Source: Octopus bimaculoides (Eukaryota). Taken from it: a DNA stretch of 64,000 nt. Both the position numbers and the translations under genes were made by a program. This document shows, one piece after another, positions 50,936-62,883 of this stretch. Positions within the stretch are counted from its first letter, which is position 1, and each line of letters opens with the position of its first letter. The notes beneath the pieces were generated by a model. It did no database searches, had not been told where the DNA came from, and saw only the letters and a list, made by a program, of their open reading frames with translations. The stretch covers positions 162,620,481 to 162,684,480 of the forward strand of contig NC_068981.1 of assembly GCF_001194135.2 (NCBI RefSeq), read 5' to 3'.

Positions 50936-52484
50936 AATGACATTTGGAATTGGTTTTTCAGTCGCATATCTTACAATATATAAACTTGATGCTTCAGAAG
51001 TATGATTAACTAATTTCCAAATATATTAAACTAAACATACCTAGGAAGGAGAGAGAGAGTGTCCTAAAATATAATCATGTAAAAAAGTCTGGTGTTAGGT
51101 TTTTACAGTGTTTGCTGCATCACAAAGAGAGTAATGGGGGGGGGGGAAATGTTTGTGTGTGTAGAACAGTTATCACCTTAGACCTCTAACTTCATCCTCA
51201 TCTTGTGATATTTATGTCTCTTGTCTACTGCTTTTGTGGTATATGTCATGTTTGGAATTGAAACATAATTCATAGTTTGCAAGAGGTAGGTGTGTGTGTG
51301 TGTGTGTGTGTGGTTGGGGTACTTCAGTTAAATGAAAAAAAAAAGGAAAAATTTAACGTCTTTCTGTGTTTATTTAGACTTGAATTGCAGCATCATATAT
51401 TATGTTTTCTAATATATATTTATGTGTGAATAAATATATATACCTACATCATAGATATACAATGCTGGAGTATATACATACACACGTGTGTGTGTATGTA
51501 TGTATGTATATATATATATATATATATATAAAGACTGTAAAGAAACAGGAAACAACTTCTANNNNNNNNNNNNNNNNNNNNNNNNNNNNNNNNNNNNNNN
51601 NNNNNNNNNNNNNNNNNNNNNNNNNNNNNNNNNNNNNNNNNNNNNNNNNNNNNNNNNNNNNNNNNNNNNNNNNNNNNNNNNNNNNNNNNNNNNNNNNNNN
51701 NNNNNNNNNNNNNNNNNNNNNNNNNNNNNNNNNNNNNNNNNNNNNNNNNNNNNNNNNNNNNNNNNNNNNNNNNNNNNNNNNNNNNNNNNNNNNNNNNNNN
51801 NNNNNNNNNNNNNNNNNNNNNNNNNNNNNNNNNNNNNNNNNNNNNNNNNNNNNNNNNNNNNNNNNNNNNNNNNNNNNNNNNNNNNNNNNNNNNNNNNNNN
51901 NNNNNNNNNNNNNNNNNNNNNNNNNNNNNNNNNNNNNNNNNNNNNNNNNNNNNNNNNNNNNNNNNNNNNNNNNNNNNNNNNNNNNNNNNNNNNNNNNNNN
52001 NNNNNNNNNNNNNNNNNNNNNNNNNNNNNNNNNNNNNNNNNNNNNNNNNNNNNNNNNNNNNNNNNNNNNNNNNNNNNNNNNNNNNNNNNNNNNNNNNNNN
52101 NNNNNNNNNNNNNNNNNNNNNNNNNNNNNNNNNNNNNNNNNNNNNNNNNNNNNNNNNNNNNNNNNNNNNNNNNNNNNNNNNNNNNNNNNNNNNNNNNNNN
52201 NNNNNNNNNNNNNNNNNNNNNNNNNNNNNNNNNNNNNNNNNNNNNNNNNNNNNNNNNNNNNNNNNNNNNNNNNNNNNNNNNNNNNNNNNNNNNNNNNNNN
52301 NNNNNNNNNNNNNNNNNNNNNNNNNNNNNNNNNNNNNNNNNNNNNNNNNNNNNNNNNNNNNNNNNNNNNNNNNNNNNNNNNNNNNNNNNNNNNNNNNNNN
52401 NNNNNNNNNNNNNNNNNNNNNNNNNNNNNNNNNNNNNNNNNNNNNNNNNNNNNNNNNNNNNNNNNNNNNNNNNNNNNNNNNNNN

Positions 52485-52715
52485 TGCGGGTGGCACATAA
52501 AAGACACCATTTCGAGCGTGGCCGTTTTCGTGCGGGTGACACGTAAAAGCACCCACTACACTCTCTGAGTGGTTGGCGTTAGGAAGGGCATCCAGCTGTA
52601 GAAACTCTGCCAAATTAGACTGGAGCCTGGTGTTGCCATCCGGTTTCACCAGTCCTCAGTCAAATCGTCCAACCCATGCTAGCATGGAAAGCGGACGTTA
52701 AACGATGATGATGAT
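52485..52715 (+). mobile_element. LINE tail family T, very young copy next to a 923-N gap
   Basis: One mismatch in 222 bp against 58195-58416. Confidence 0.9.
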
Positions 52716-53814
52716 ACACACACACACACACACACACACATATATGCATACATACATACACATACGTGTGTGTATATGAATGTAGCAGTTCTAGACTGGA
52801 GGCAAAACTGTCTTATGCATATCCATTCAAAGTTGATGATTCACTCCAGCATTGTATATCTATATACTAAACTCTGAAGAGTTGAGTTAAGATGATTATA
52901 TAGTGATTCTACAAGAATTATGTAATCCTGTGAGTAATTTACTGAAATATGTGTATGTTTTATAAAGCATAGAATACCATACAGCTTTTCTGTGTTTTAT
53001 TAATACTATGCATGCACATACGCGCACACATGTACACTCACACGCACACAAAGAATAGATTTTATTATATTGAAGACACTACCATACTTCCGTTCAATCA
53101 TTTTTATTAATGATTTTTCATATTTTTTAGTCCTTTATATTGTATGGAACATTTTTCAAGCTATTTTTGGCCTTATCATCTGAATGAAGTGGTGATAATG
53201 ATGCATTGTTTCTCTGTTTTGTCATCTGTAGCTAAGGGTTATCGAATGATGTAACTGAAATCATTATTGGCAGATTTGAAATTGTTTAATTGCTAACTTC
53301 TTGAAGCTTCGATAATTTATTTCACATGTTGATTTTTGGTTTTTCCTATTAACAAAACTTCTGTAGCTAATTTTTTTCAGTTTTTGTAGAATTTTTGTTA
53401 CTTAGAGTTAAGCTACTGATTAAAAAAATTCTTGTTGCTGTTTCAGTTTTTGATTCAGTAAATAATGAAGATAACAACTCGTGCTTTGCTCCCAACTAGA
53501 ATTTTAGACATTATTACTGCTAACTGGAGAGTAAAAATAAATCAGAAAGTTATTCCTCAAGCATTATATCATTAGTAAGACATTGCAAGTTATTTCTGGA
53601 AATTGGTAAACTTCTACTACAAAAGGAAGAGAATTTTGTTATGTTCATATGTACTGGAAAAGTATATCCTTGTAAAAATTGAGTTATTGATTTTTTTCCA
53701 ATGTTGTAGATTGTTTTGATATTTGTCCTTGGGTCACTTCTGATCTAATAGAACATGATCAGTTGTGTTCCTGTTGTGACCCTCTCTTTGGAAGAATTTT
53801 CTTTTGTTTAATAA

Positions 53815-54197
53815 GACACAAAAGAAGTTTGTTTCCTGATTGCATAGTTCTGATTCAGTCCCCATTACATGACAATTTGGACAAGTGTTTTCTATTATAG
53901 TCTTGAGTTGATGAAAGTTTTGTGAGTGGATTTGGTAGGTGGAAGCCGAAAGAAACACATTGAGTGTGTTTATTTGTGTTTTGTTTTGATATCATGTGAT
54001 ACAGTGTCATACAAACAATGTCATCCATTCCCCAGTATTCTGTGAAAACATGTCTGGACATAGAAAAATATTAACGTACTTGGAAACAGGTGAGGGTTGG
54101 CGACAGAAAGGGCATCTGGCTGTAGAAAGTCTGTCTCAAACAAACCTTGTCCAACCCATGCAAGCATGGAAACGTGGATGTTAAATGATGATGATGA
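53815..54197 (+). mobile_element. Chimeric SINE family C
   Basis: Head ttggacaagtgttttctattatag..gtgagtggatttggtag; tail ccaacccatgcaagcatggaaacgtggatgttaaatgatgatg. Confidence 0.7.
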
Positions 54198-54889
54198 CAA
54201 CAACATAACTTTAAGTTCATTGTCCAAAGTGGATAGTGAACTCTTCTTTGTGGTAGTTAATGGATTTGGAGTAGATTTGACTGCTATTTCTAGTATGTTG
54301 AGTGATTGAGTAGAAAACTCTCTCTTCATTCTCTTGATGACAAATGAGAATTTAAAAGTGACTGTAAGTTTGGCTTATCCAAAAACTTGGCCAATTTTCG
54401 GACAGACAGCTGTTTCTTATCCAAAACATACACACTATTTCTCTCCTTCTCTATCTATCTCTTTATTTCTCTTTTACTCTTATTGAAACATTCACATAAG
54501 TACACAATTGAATCTGCATTTCAATCCATAACAGAGAACTGTCAGATATGAATACGGCTATTTCATTATTTAACTTACACACACACACGTACACACACAA
54601 CACATATGCACACAAATTCTTTTTATTATCAGACAAGGCATTTAGTTCATATAATCCTACCAGCAGTAGTATAAACATACCTGGTCTGCCAATTATTTAC
54701 AAAAAAATCAATAAAAGCACACCTGACCTCAAAATTATAGGAAATCAATCCAATTTGTATACAACAGAACTCTGTCTTCGGATAATCTATTGAAGCACTG
54801 TAGATATAATCAGATAGCCAGTGTCAATTCTTGTGAAAATGTTACAATGAAATTTTGAAAGTGTGTGTGTGTGTGTGTGTGTGAGATGG

Positions 54890-55150
54890 TTTGATCAGAA
54901 AGGAGGAGCTATGCCATGATCTTTGCACACTCTTCAAGATGTGGGAAGTTAATATAATTGGTTTCAGTTTGGACATGTGTAAGCCATTGTAGGAAGGATG
55001 GAAATTTTTGAGAGGTAGGGTTGTCTGAATGATAAGTGTGGAGGCATGATGGGTGATGGGAGGCAAAACAAGTCTGTTAAGTAGACCAAGGTGAAGGTGC
55101 TATGTTGTTAGACAGAGGAGAAAAGTTGATTGCAATAGGAGCAATGAGGA
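54890..55150 (-). pseudogene. Possible CR1/L2-type RT N-terminal relic
   Basis: KLKPIILTSHILKSVQR resembles the conserved YRPISLTS...K..ER block; nothing else is recognisable. Confidence 0.4.
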
Positions 55151-55714
55151 AACGGTGTCTGTGGACAGAGATTGTAATGATGTCATGAATGAATCTTTGT
55201 TAATCTTTTCCTAAATCTTTCAGGTATGGTCAAGGCTGTTTGTGTTTTGATAGCAAAAGGCGTTTTGAGTAGAATTTCATTACAAATCTTAGTTGATCTT
55301 TGTAGAGAATCATCAGATAATCAAAACTGAAGTATTTTCTGAGTTTGATTAAGAAGACTAGTCTTTGGCTTGCAAGTTAAGCTATATTATGTAAATGAGT
55401 GTAGTGTGTGTGTATGTGTCTTTACATTATATGAATAAAATACATTCTGTCAGTTCTACTAGCTGTGCAGGCAGAGAAATTGAATAAAGTTGATTGGAAC
55501 TAGATAGACAGTACATGTGCAGAAGCAAAAGTATGTTTCATGTTTATTGTCTTGCAGATACCATATTTAACAATGGTTACTTGGCTTGTTCAAAATAGCC
55601 ACCAAATCTCCTTCCAGTCACAGTCTTAAAATAAAAAGCCATATTGGATAATGTAGTCCCTGAGTACGCTATAACTGAAACATCGAAAACAAGTTAAAAT
55701 GATCGTAGACTTTT

Positions 55715-56222
55715 ATGGACACGAGGAGCATTTTTGTGCAAAGGGAATTGGAATGGAAGTCAAGAAAAGACTACTGAAGTGCTACATCTGGTCGGTGCTA
55801 ATGTATGGATGTGAGTCTTGGATGATAAGCAAAGTCATGGAGAAGAGACTCAAAGCTGCAGAAATGTGGTTTTATAGAAAAATGCTTAGAATCTCGTGGG
55901 TACAGGGGGTGACAAAGAAAATGAAAGTGAAGAGACAGTTGATGGATACTATCAGAGAGATACAGTGGTGAATTGATGGTCATTTTCTCAGAGAGGTTGA
56001 CGGAATGGAGCTTTACATGGTGGAGACTAAGCTGGTGGGAAGGAGAGCGAGAGGAAGGCTGAGAATGAAGATGTTCAACTGGATGAAGAAGAGAATGAAC
56101 ATGCAGAGCGAGAAAGACCTGAGTGATATTGCAAGAGACAGAAATAAATGGAGGAGAAACAAGCTATGATTCATCAACAGCATGAATATGCCATGACACG
56201 AGAGAGAGAGAGAGAGAGAGAG
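55715..56222 (+). mobile_element. RTE (BovB-like) LINE 3' fragment with (GA)n tail
   Basis: KKRLLKCYIWSVLMYGCESWMISKVMEKRLKAAEMWFYRKMLRISW...GRRARGRLRMK...IARDRNKWR; stops present. Confidence 0.85.
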
Positions 56223-56239
56223 CTGGAATGTCTTTGACA

Positions 56240-56490
56240 TAGTAGGTTTACTGGATTATAGCTAACCTTTGGTTAAATAGTGTTGGACTCATTATCATAA
56301 AATTATGGTTTTGATTCCTGGACTGGGCAATATGTTGTGTTCTTGAGCAAAACACTTCATTTCACGTTACTGCAGTCCACTCGGTTGTTAAAAATGAATA
56401 ATCTTGCAATGGAACTGCATCCCGTGCAGGGATGCCTGGGAAATCGGCCCTATGCTCCCAACGGAGTAATGTGAACTAAACCACTTGGTT
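56240..56490 (+). mobile_element. SINE family D, degraded
   Basis: ggttttgattcctggactgggc..gtgttcttgagcaaaacacttcatttcacgttactgcagtccactcgg..gcaatggaactgcatcccgtgcaggg. Confidence 0.7.
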
Positions 56491-56544
56491 AAATTGTAAT
56501 AGCAAACTGAGTTATGTGATTACTTCTTGTGTTTTTATTTGGAA

Positions 56545-57205
56545 AACCAGTGAGGATGTTTGTGAAACAAAATCCTGGGTTTGGTTGAAAAAGGGACAAT
56601 TGAAAAAAAGAAACAGAGGACCTTATTATATAGCTCCAGATCAAGCATTGCAAATGAATAAGTTACAAAAATATGTGTATGGGGTGAAAGTGCATGTAGA
56701 GTATATGGAATTTGGAATGAAACAACACACATTGTTGCAGAATGCCACAGGTTGGTCCTGAGAGAGTATAAGAAATGGAGATATGATCAAGTTGTGAAGG
56801 TTTTACAATGGCAATTTTGTCAAAAACAGGCATTTGAAGCAGGAAATAGATGGTACAGTCATCAGGTAAAAATTAGTGCTTGAGTCAGAAACATGCAAGA
56901 TTATGAGGGATTTTCTCATTCAAACTGATAAGAAGCTGGAATATAACAAGCCAGATATTACAGCAATAGACAAAGGAAATCGAATTTGCTTACTGATTGA
57001 TCCATCATGTCCATTTGATACCAAGATTATGAAGAAAGCAAATGAGTTGAAAAAATGCAAGCCATTAAAATATGAGGGTGCAAAGATTTGGAACATGAAA
57101 TCCATAAAGGTTGTACCTGTGATAACTGGTATATTAGGGACTCTGAATGATGAAATAGACAAATGGATAACAGAGATTGGACAGAGCATCAGAAGGGTTT
57201 TGAGT
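56545..57205 (+). pseudogene. R4/Dong-like non-LTR relic: CCHC knuckle plus restriction-like endonuclease
   Basis: SWVWLKKGQLKK..; SACRVYGIWNETTHIVAEC..EYKKWRYDQV; after a frameshift VLESETCKIMRDFLIQTDKKLEYNKPDITAIDKGNRICLLIDPSCPFD..KVVPVITGILG (PD...D RLE motif). Confidence 0.85.
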
Positions 57206-57394
57206 ATTTGATGGCTTATTGCAATCATGTAGGTGTCTAAGGTTACAGGGTGTAACATGCGTCTCACATAAATTCTATCAGGAATAAAACCAATCCTGAA
57301 TCATGATGGTAATAATTCTGATGATGATTATAATGAATGTGTGATGGTTTTTTTCTTTTCCTAGTTGTGTATAAGGTCAACAGTTTTCAGTGGG

Positions 57395-57505
57395 TGGAAC
57401 AAGTCAATTGCATTGCCCCACTTCAAATCCTTCCCAGTATTTGACTAGTACTTTATTTTATTGACCCCTGAAAGACAAAGTTGATCTTAATGCCTTAGTG
57501 GAATT
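57395..57505 (-). mobile_element. SINE family B, 3'/central half (split by the LINE)
   Basis: gtactttattttattgacccctgaaagacaaagttgatc..gtggaatt; the head half continues at 58427-58510. Confidence 0.65.
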
Positions 57506-58426
57506 AGGGTGAAAAACTAGAGGTAGTCGATAGCTTCCGCTATCTGGGCGACCAAGTTAGTAGTGGGGGTGGGTGCGCTGAAAGTGTAGCTGCTAGAATA
57601 AGAATAGCCTGGGCAAAGTTTAGAGAGCTCTTACCCCTGCTGGCGACAAAGGGACTCTCACTCAGAGTAAAAGGCAGACTGTATGACGCATGCGTACGAA
57701 CAACCATGCTACATGGCAGTGAAACATGGGCTGTAACTGCTGAGGACATACGTAAGCTCGCAAGGAATGAAGCCAGTATGCTCCGTTGGATGTGTAATGT
57801 CAATGTGAATACCCGTCAGAGTGTAAGTATCTTGAGAGAAAAGCTGAACATTAGNNNNNNNNNNNNNNNNNNNNNNNNNNNNNNNNNNNNNNNNNNNNNN
57901 NNNNNNNNNNNNNNNNNNNNNNNNNNNNNNNNNNNNNNNNNNNNNNNNNNNNNNNNNNNNNNNNNNNNNNNNNNNNNNNNNNNNNNNNNNNNNNNNNNNN
58001 NNNNNNNNNNNNNNNNNNNNNNNNNNNNNNNNNNNNNNNNNNNNNNNNNNNNNNNNNNNNNNNNNNNNNNNNNNNNNNNNNNNNNNNNNNNNNNNNNNNN
58101 NNNNNNNNNNNNNNNNNNNNNNNNNNNNNNNNNNNNNNNNNNNNNNNNNNNNNNNNNNNNNNNNNNNNNNNNNNNNNNNNNNNNNNNNNNNNNNCACATA
58201 AAAGACACCATTTCGAGCGTGGCCGTTTTCGTGCGGGTGACACGTAAAAGCACCCACTACACTCTCTGAGTGGTTGGCGTTAGGAAGGGCATCCAGCTGT
58301 AGAAACTCTGCCAAATCAGACTGGAGCCTGGTGTTGCCATCCGGTTTCACCAGTCCTCAGTCAAATCGTCCAACCCATGCTAGCATGGAAAGCGGACGTT
58401 AAACGATGATGATGATGATGATGATG
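57506..58426 (+). mobile_element. Young 5'-truncated RTE-X-like LINE: RT C-terminus, gap, 3' UTR, (GAT)n tail
   Basis: Uninterrupted frame 57508-57854: GEKLEVVDSFRYLGDQVSSGGGCAESVAARIRIAWAKFRELLPLLATKGLSLRVKGRLYDACVRTTMLHGSETWAVTAEDIRKLARNEASMLRWMC. N-gap 57855-58194. The UTR is tail family T. Confidence 0.92.
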
Positions 58427-58835
58427 AATGTAAAGATCCAGAAGAAATGCTACTAAGCATTTTGTCCATTGTGTTAATGAATCTGCCAGCTTGCCACCTC
58501 AGTAATAATGATAACGACCCCAGGCACATGGCTTGAAATTTTGGGGGAGGAGACTAGACGATTACATCAACCCCAATATTCAGTTGATATTTATTCTTCT
58601 TGATCTCTCCAAAAGGTTGAAAGCAAAGTTGACCTCAGCAGAGGAACACAAGATGGATGAAATGCTACAAAGCATTTTGTCTGACTTGCTAAGGATTCTC
58701 TCTGCTCAGCGCCTCATTAATAATAATAATAAATCTCTAATTTTGACAAAAGGCCAGCTATTTTGAGGGGAGAGGAAGTCGATTACATTGCCCCCCCCCC
58801 ACTACTCAACTGGTACTTATTTTATTGTTCCTGAA
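58427..58835 (-). mobile_element. Stack of family B SINE pieces
   Basis: Head half at 58427-58510, full decayed copy at about 58515-58720, 3' half at about 58722-58835, separated by (TAA)n. Confidence 0.7.
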
Positions 58836-59359
58836 TGATGTATGATAATAAAAGTAATAAAAAAAGCATAATGTTGCTAGCTTCTTTTCATGACAGCTTA
58901 ATTTAATTTTTCTTTTTTTCTTTTGTCAGTTTAAACATTCCTCAAGTTAGGAATAGCGAAAAAAAGTGTAGAGTGGGGGAGAGTGTAGGTGAGAATTTTC
59001 AACTTGCCAGCCAATCTATACTTTCTGAATTACAGGAGATGAATATTTGCAATTAATTTTGATTAGGTTTCATTAGCTATCGATTTAATCACATTATCCA
59101 AGAAGTTGCATGCACCAGAATGACCTTGCTTCTATCCTGCCAATACCTGTACCCCATAGTCAACTTATTCACATGGGAAGGCAAGCACATTAGCATGAAT
59201 ACAAAAAAAAATATAAAGAAAGAGTTTAATGAATCTAAATAACAGCTACATCATGTTTGCAGCTGTTCAATATCTTATAAATAAAGCAGTTCCTGTTGTT
59301 TGCTACTTCAGCCTCTCCCCTTCCAAAAACCTCCCACTTATACACCATATTGCCCTACT

Positions 59360-59365
59360 TTACAT

Positions 59366-59396
<31 letters not shown>

Positions 59397-59464
59397 AAAT
59401 AGTAAATGAGTATATGCATATATACGTACAGGTATATATGTATGTATGTGTATATATATATATA

Positions 59465-59533
<69 letters not shown>
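59360..59533. repeat. (TA)n/(TG)n microsatellites
   Basis: Read directly from the sequence. Confidence 0.95.
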
Positions 59534-59536
<3 letters not shown>

Positions 59537-59798
59537 TAAAATGTAAGGGGTTACTCGAAAACGATTACCAGTTTGCTCTCAGTTATGTATTCAAAATATG
59601 TTATTCAACAGTTAACATGCAAATCCAATAAAGTTCTTATAAGATAGGAAATTAGATGAATATTCTGTTGCATAATTCTGAATATATTTCTTTAACCATA
59701 TAGGTTTCCTTGAGTAATCGTTGCAATTGCAACCCTACTGTAAAATGGTGCAGTCTCTTCAGAGTCTTATCTTGATATCCCTCGGTATGGCTGTTTAA

Positions 59799-59990
59799 CC
59801 CTTTCATTACTGTATTTATTTTGAGATGCTCTGTGTTTCTTTCAATTACTTTAAATATAACAATGAATTTAGTAAAATAACTTAGTTATCATTCAGCCAG
59901 TGTTAGGAACATAAATTGTGACTAAAGTTTGGTGGAAGATTTTAATTCAGAACTTCTGAAAACAAGACATTTGTACTCAGGGCCAGAGCA
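59799..59990 (-). mobile_element. piggyBac-type MITE family P2, truncated
   Basis: TTAA|ccctttcattactgtatttattttgagatgctctgtgtttctttcaatt, the reverse complement of the 47691 end. Confidence 0.8.
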
Positions 59991-60172
59991 CTGGCGATAA
60001 TGTCATGTAAAAAACCTTGAATATACACTCTGTAAACTGGTTGGCATTATGAAGGTAGAAGCTGTAGAAACCAAGTCAAAACAGACTATGAAACCTGGTG
60101 AGGCCCCTAGCCTGGACAGCCTCCTGTCAACTCATGTCAGCAAGGAAAAACAGACGTTAAATGATTATAATG
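59991..60172 (+). mobile_element. LINE tail family T, degraded
   Basis: acactctgtaaactggttggcattatgaagg...catgtcagcaaggaaaacagacgttaaatgatt. Confidence 0.65.
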
Positions 60173-60879
60173 ATTTTTAACCAACTTTGTTGTATGTTAC
60201 TAGAGAGGTGTAAATGCCATGTCAGTATAGTCAGTATCTTCATGGATAAAAAGGAACTGGACCAACTGCACATGTTCTGATTCTTATATTGAGATTTCAT
60301 CCACAATTGTGCACATTCTCTAGCTGTCCATGAACTTGTACTTGAAAACCCACTTTTATTTTGAGCTTAAGTAATTTACATATACATAATGTATTCATGG
60401 CAGCTAATTCCAAAAACAGCTTTATGGTCTTTTGGTAACAATTTACTTAGTTAACCCATCTATGACTGACCTTGATTCCATGTTACAAAGTTCCTGTTTT
60501 AAAGTAATTAAAATTAAAACGTTCCATCAAAATTCCATTTTAATTTATGTTTCAAACCCCAGTACAGAAATCACTGAGTTATTGTATTCTTCATTATTGT
60601 CAAAATTAATTGAAAAAAAATTTGCATCATCAAATTCTGTCTAACCCATGCCAACATGAAAAAAGTGAACATTAAACTGACGATGATGAAAGCCAGTGTA
60701 TTTCAAAAGAAATGTGGTGACAAAAAGGTTAATGCTTACAGTCTACTCTGAACATTTCCTCATGGCTGCCCATGCATGATAAATACATATACATGCTCAT
60801 TCTGACTGTGCTATTTAAAATTTATTCCATTTATTTTACTGTTGTTTATAATGTTATTTTGGAGCACCATTGGTCTGAG

Positions 60880-61100
60880 AGAAGAAGTGGGCAGCTGGGG
60901 TATCAGACGTAGTGTGCACGAGATGATACTGTGCTATTGGAAAAAAAGAAACCCTGCAGAAGAGGATGACACAGGAAGAAGTAATGAGGACTGATATCAG
61001 GACAATGTAGTTCATGAAAGAGATAAGAAAACACTGCAGCAAGTGATGAGATATTGTGCTTTGGAAAAACTATCCAACCCATTCTTGCATAATAATGATG
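60880..61100 (+). mobile_element. Decayed RTE-X-like 3' end
   Basis: LREEVGSWGIRRSVHE..EEVMRTDIRTM; ends tccaacccattcttgcataataatgatg. Confidence 0.45.
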
Positions 61101-62502
61101 ATAATCTCTTCACCCAAAAAACAAAATTAGTTGTTTCTTTCTCTCTATTAACACATTGTGTTGCAGTTGTTGCTTAGTCTTCATTTCAGCTCTGATCAAG
61201 CGGACCTGTGATCAAAGGCTTTCCTGCTGTAACCCTCCCATTGATTTTTATTTTGTTTGTTGTTTCTTTTTGGTGACAACCATGTACTTTTTCCTTGGGG
61301 GAACGGAGGTGGGGTAGAGGGGTGGAATTTAAAATAGATTATGGTTTTACAGAAGTTTGGTTGCTATTTCTCTCAGTGGCTCTCTCATAGTAATTCTTGT
61401 AGCTGTTTAGCCCCAGATGAGCCCTGATCCAGCAGATCTGTAATGAAAGACCTGCTAGCTATGACTGTCTTGTCTGGTTTCTTTCTTTCTTTTTTATTTT
61501 TTTTCTCAGACATGGTGCTTTTAAGACTACATTATACAATATTTCCTTCTCTTTTTTTAAAACGGTAGAGTGTGATTCGAGGTAGATTTGTATACTGTTT
61601 GTAGCAGGTCAAATGACTATGTAAAAGACTCTTCTCTTAGCTTATTGTTGTTGCCGATATTGCTGATTTTGTTTGTAGCTTGTTATTTATTATACTTCTG
61701 TATTCTTCCTGCCAGACAAGCTATTCTCAGTCAGGCATATCAAAATATCTTACAACTGACTGCAGCATAGTTAATTTCAAGCTTCGTCTGCCATGCAGAC
61801 ATGCATGTATAATATTTCAAGAAGGGTATAGATATCTGCTTTACAGGTTTAAATCATCTTTAGATTAGTCCATGAAAGTATTTAACCTTTCACTGACATT
61901 TTATCTTAACAATCTACAAGCTGTCCATTTTATTTGTTTGTTTCCTTTTTTTCTTCTCCATTTTGTTGTTGTTGTTGTTGTTTCAATTGTCTTGACAGGA
62001 AAGAAATGATTTTCTATATCTATAAGCAAAACAAGAACAGAACAATGTTTTGAATAAATATATATGAAGTTATATACAATATGTTTAATGTACAAACATT
62101 TGGTGTCTAAAGATAAGCCACAGGAGCTTTGTTAACCGAAAATGAGCATCATACAACTAGTTTCACTTTGCTTAAGATTCATCAGGGATTGCTTCAATTG
62201 CTTCTAGATAATTCCTTGGTGGCTACCATTATGTGAATCTCTTTATACAGATAATTGTTTACATTTTTTTTTTCTAAGATATATTATTCTAAGCTTCAGC
62301 AGTTAAGAGGTGAGTCGAGCTGTCCCTGATTAAACTAAAGCAAGGCGAAACTAGTCACATTAGCATAATCTTTACTCAGATCAGTGGAAGTTGCTGTGGT
62401 TCACAGACTGGTTAGATTTTCAAAAGGAGATTAAATGAATATTTAGTAGATGTATATTCTTGTATACTATGTAATACATATATACTAATATATATATATA
62501 TA

Positions 62503-62872
62503 GGCACAAGTTTGGTTGTGTGGTAAGAAGCTTGCTTCTCAACCACATGGTTTTGGGTTCAGTCCCACTGCATGGCACTTTGGGTCTTCTACTATAGCTT
62601 CAGGCCAACCAAAACCTTGTGAGTGGATTTGGTAGATGGAAACTGAAAGAAACCTATTGTGTGTGTGTATTTATGTGTGTGTCCCCTGCCATCGCTTGAC
62701 AACTGATGTTGGTGTGCTTATGTCCCCCTTAACTTAGTGGTTCGGCAAAAGAGACCAAAAGAATAAGTACTGTGCTTACAAAGAATTAGTTCTGGGGTGG
62801 ATTTCTTCAACTAAAACTCTAAGGTAGTGCTCCACCATGGCTGCAGTCAAATGACTGAAACTATAAAAGAAT
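62503..62872 (+). mobile_element. SINE family A, full length
   Basis: A-box-like tggttgtgtgg, B-box-like gggttcagtccc, tail ccatggctgcagtcaaatgactgaaac. Confidence 0.85.
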
Positions 62873-62883
62873 ATATATATATA

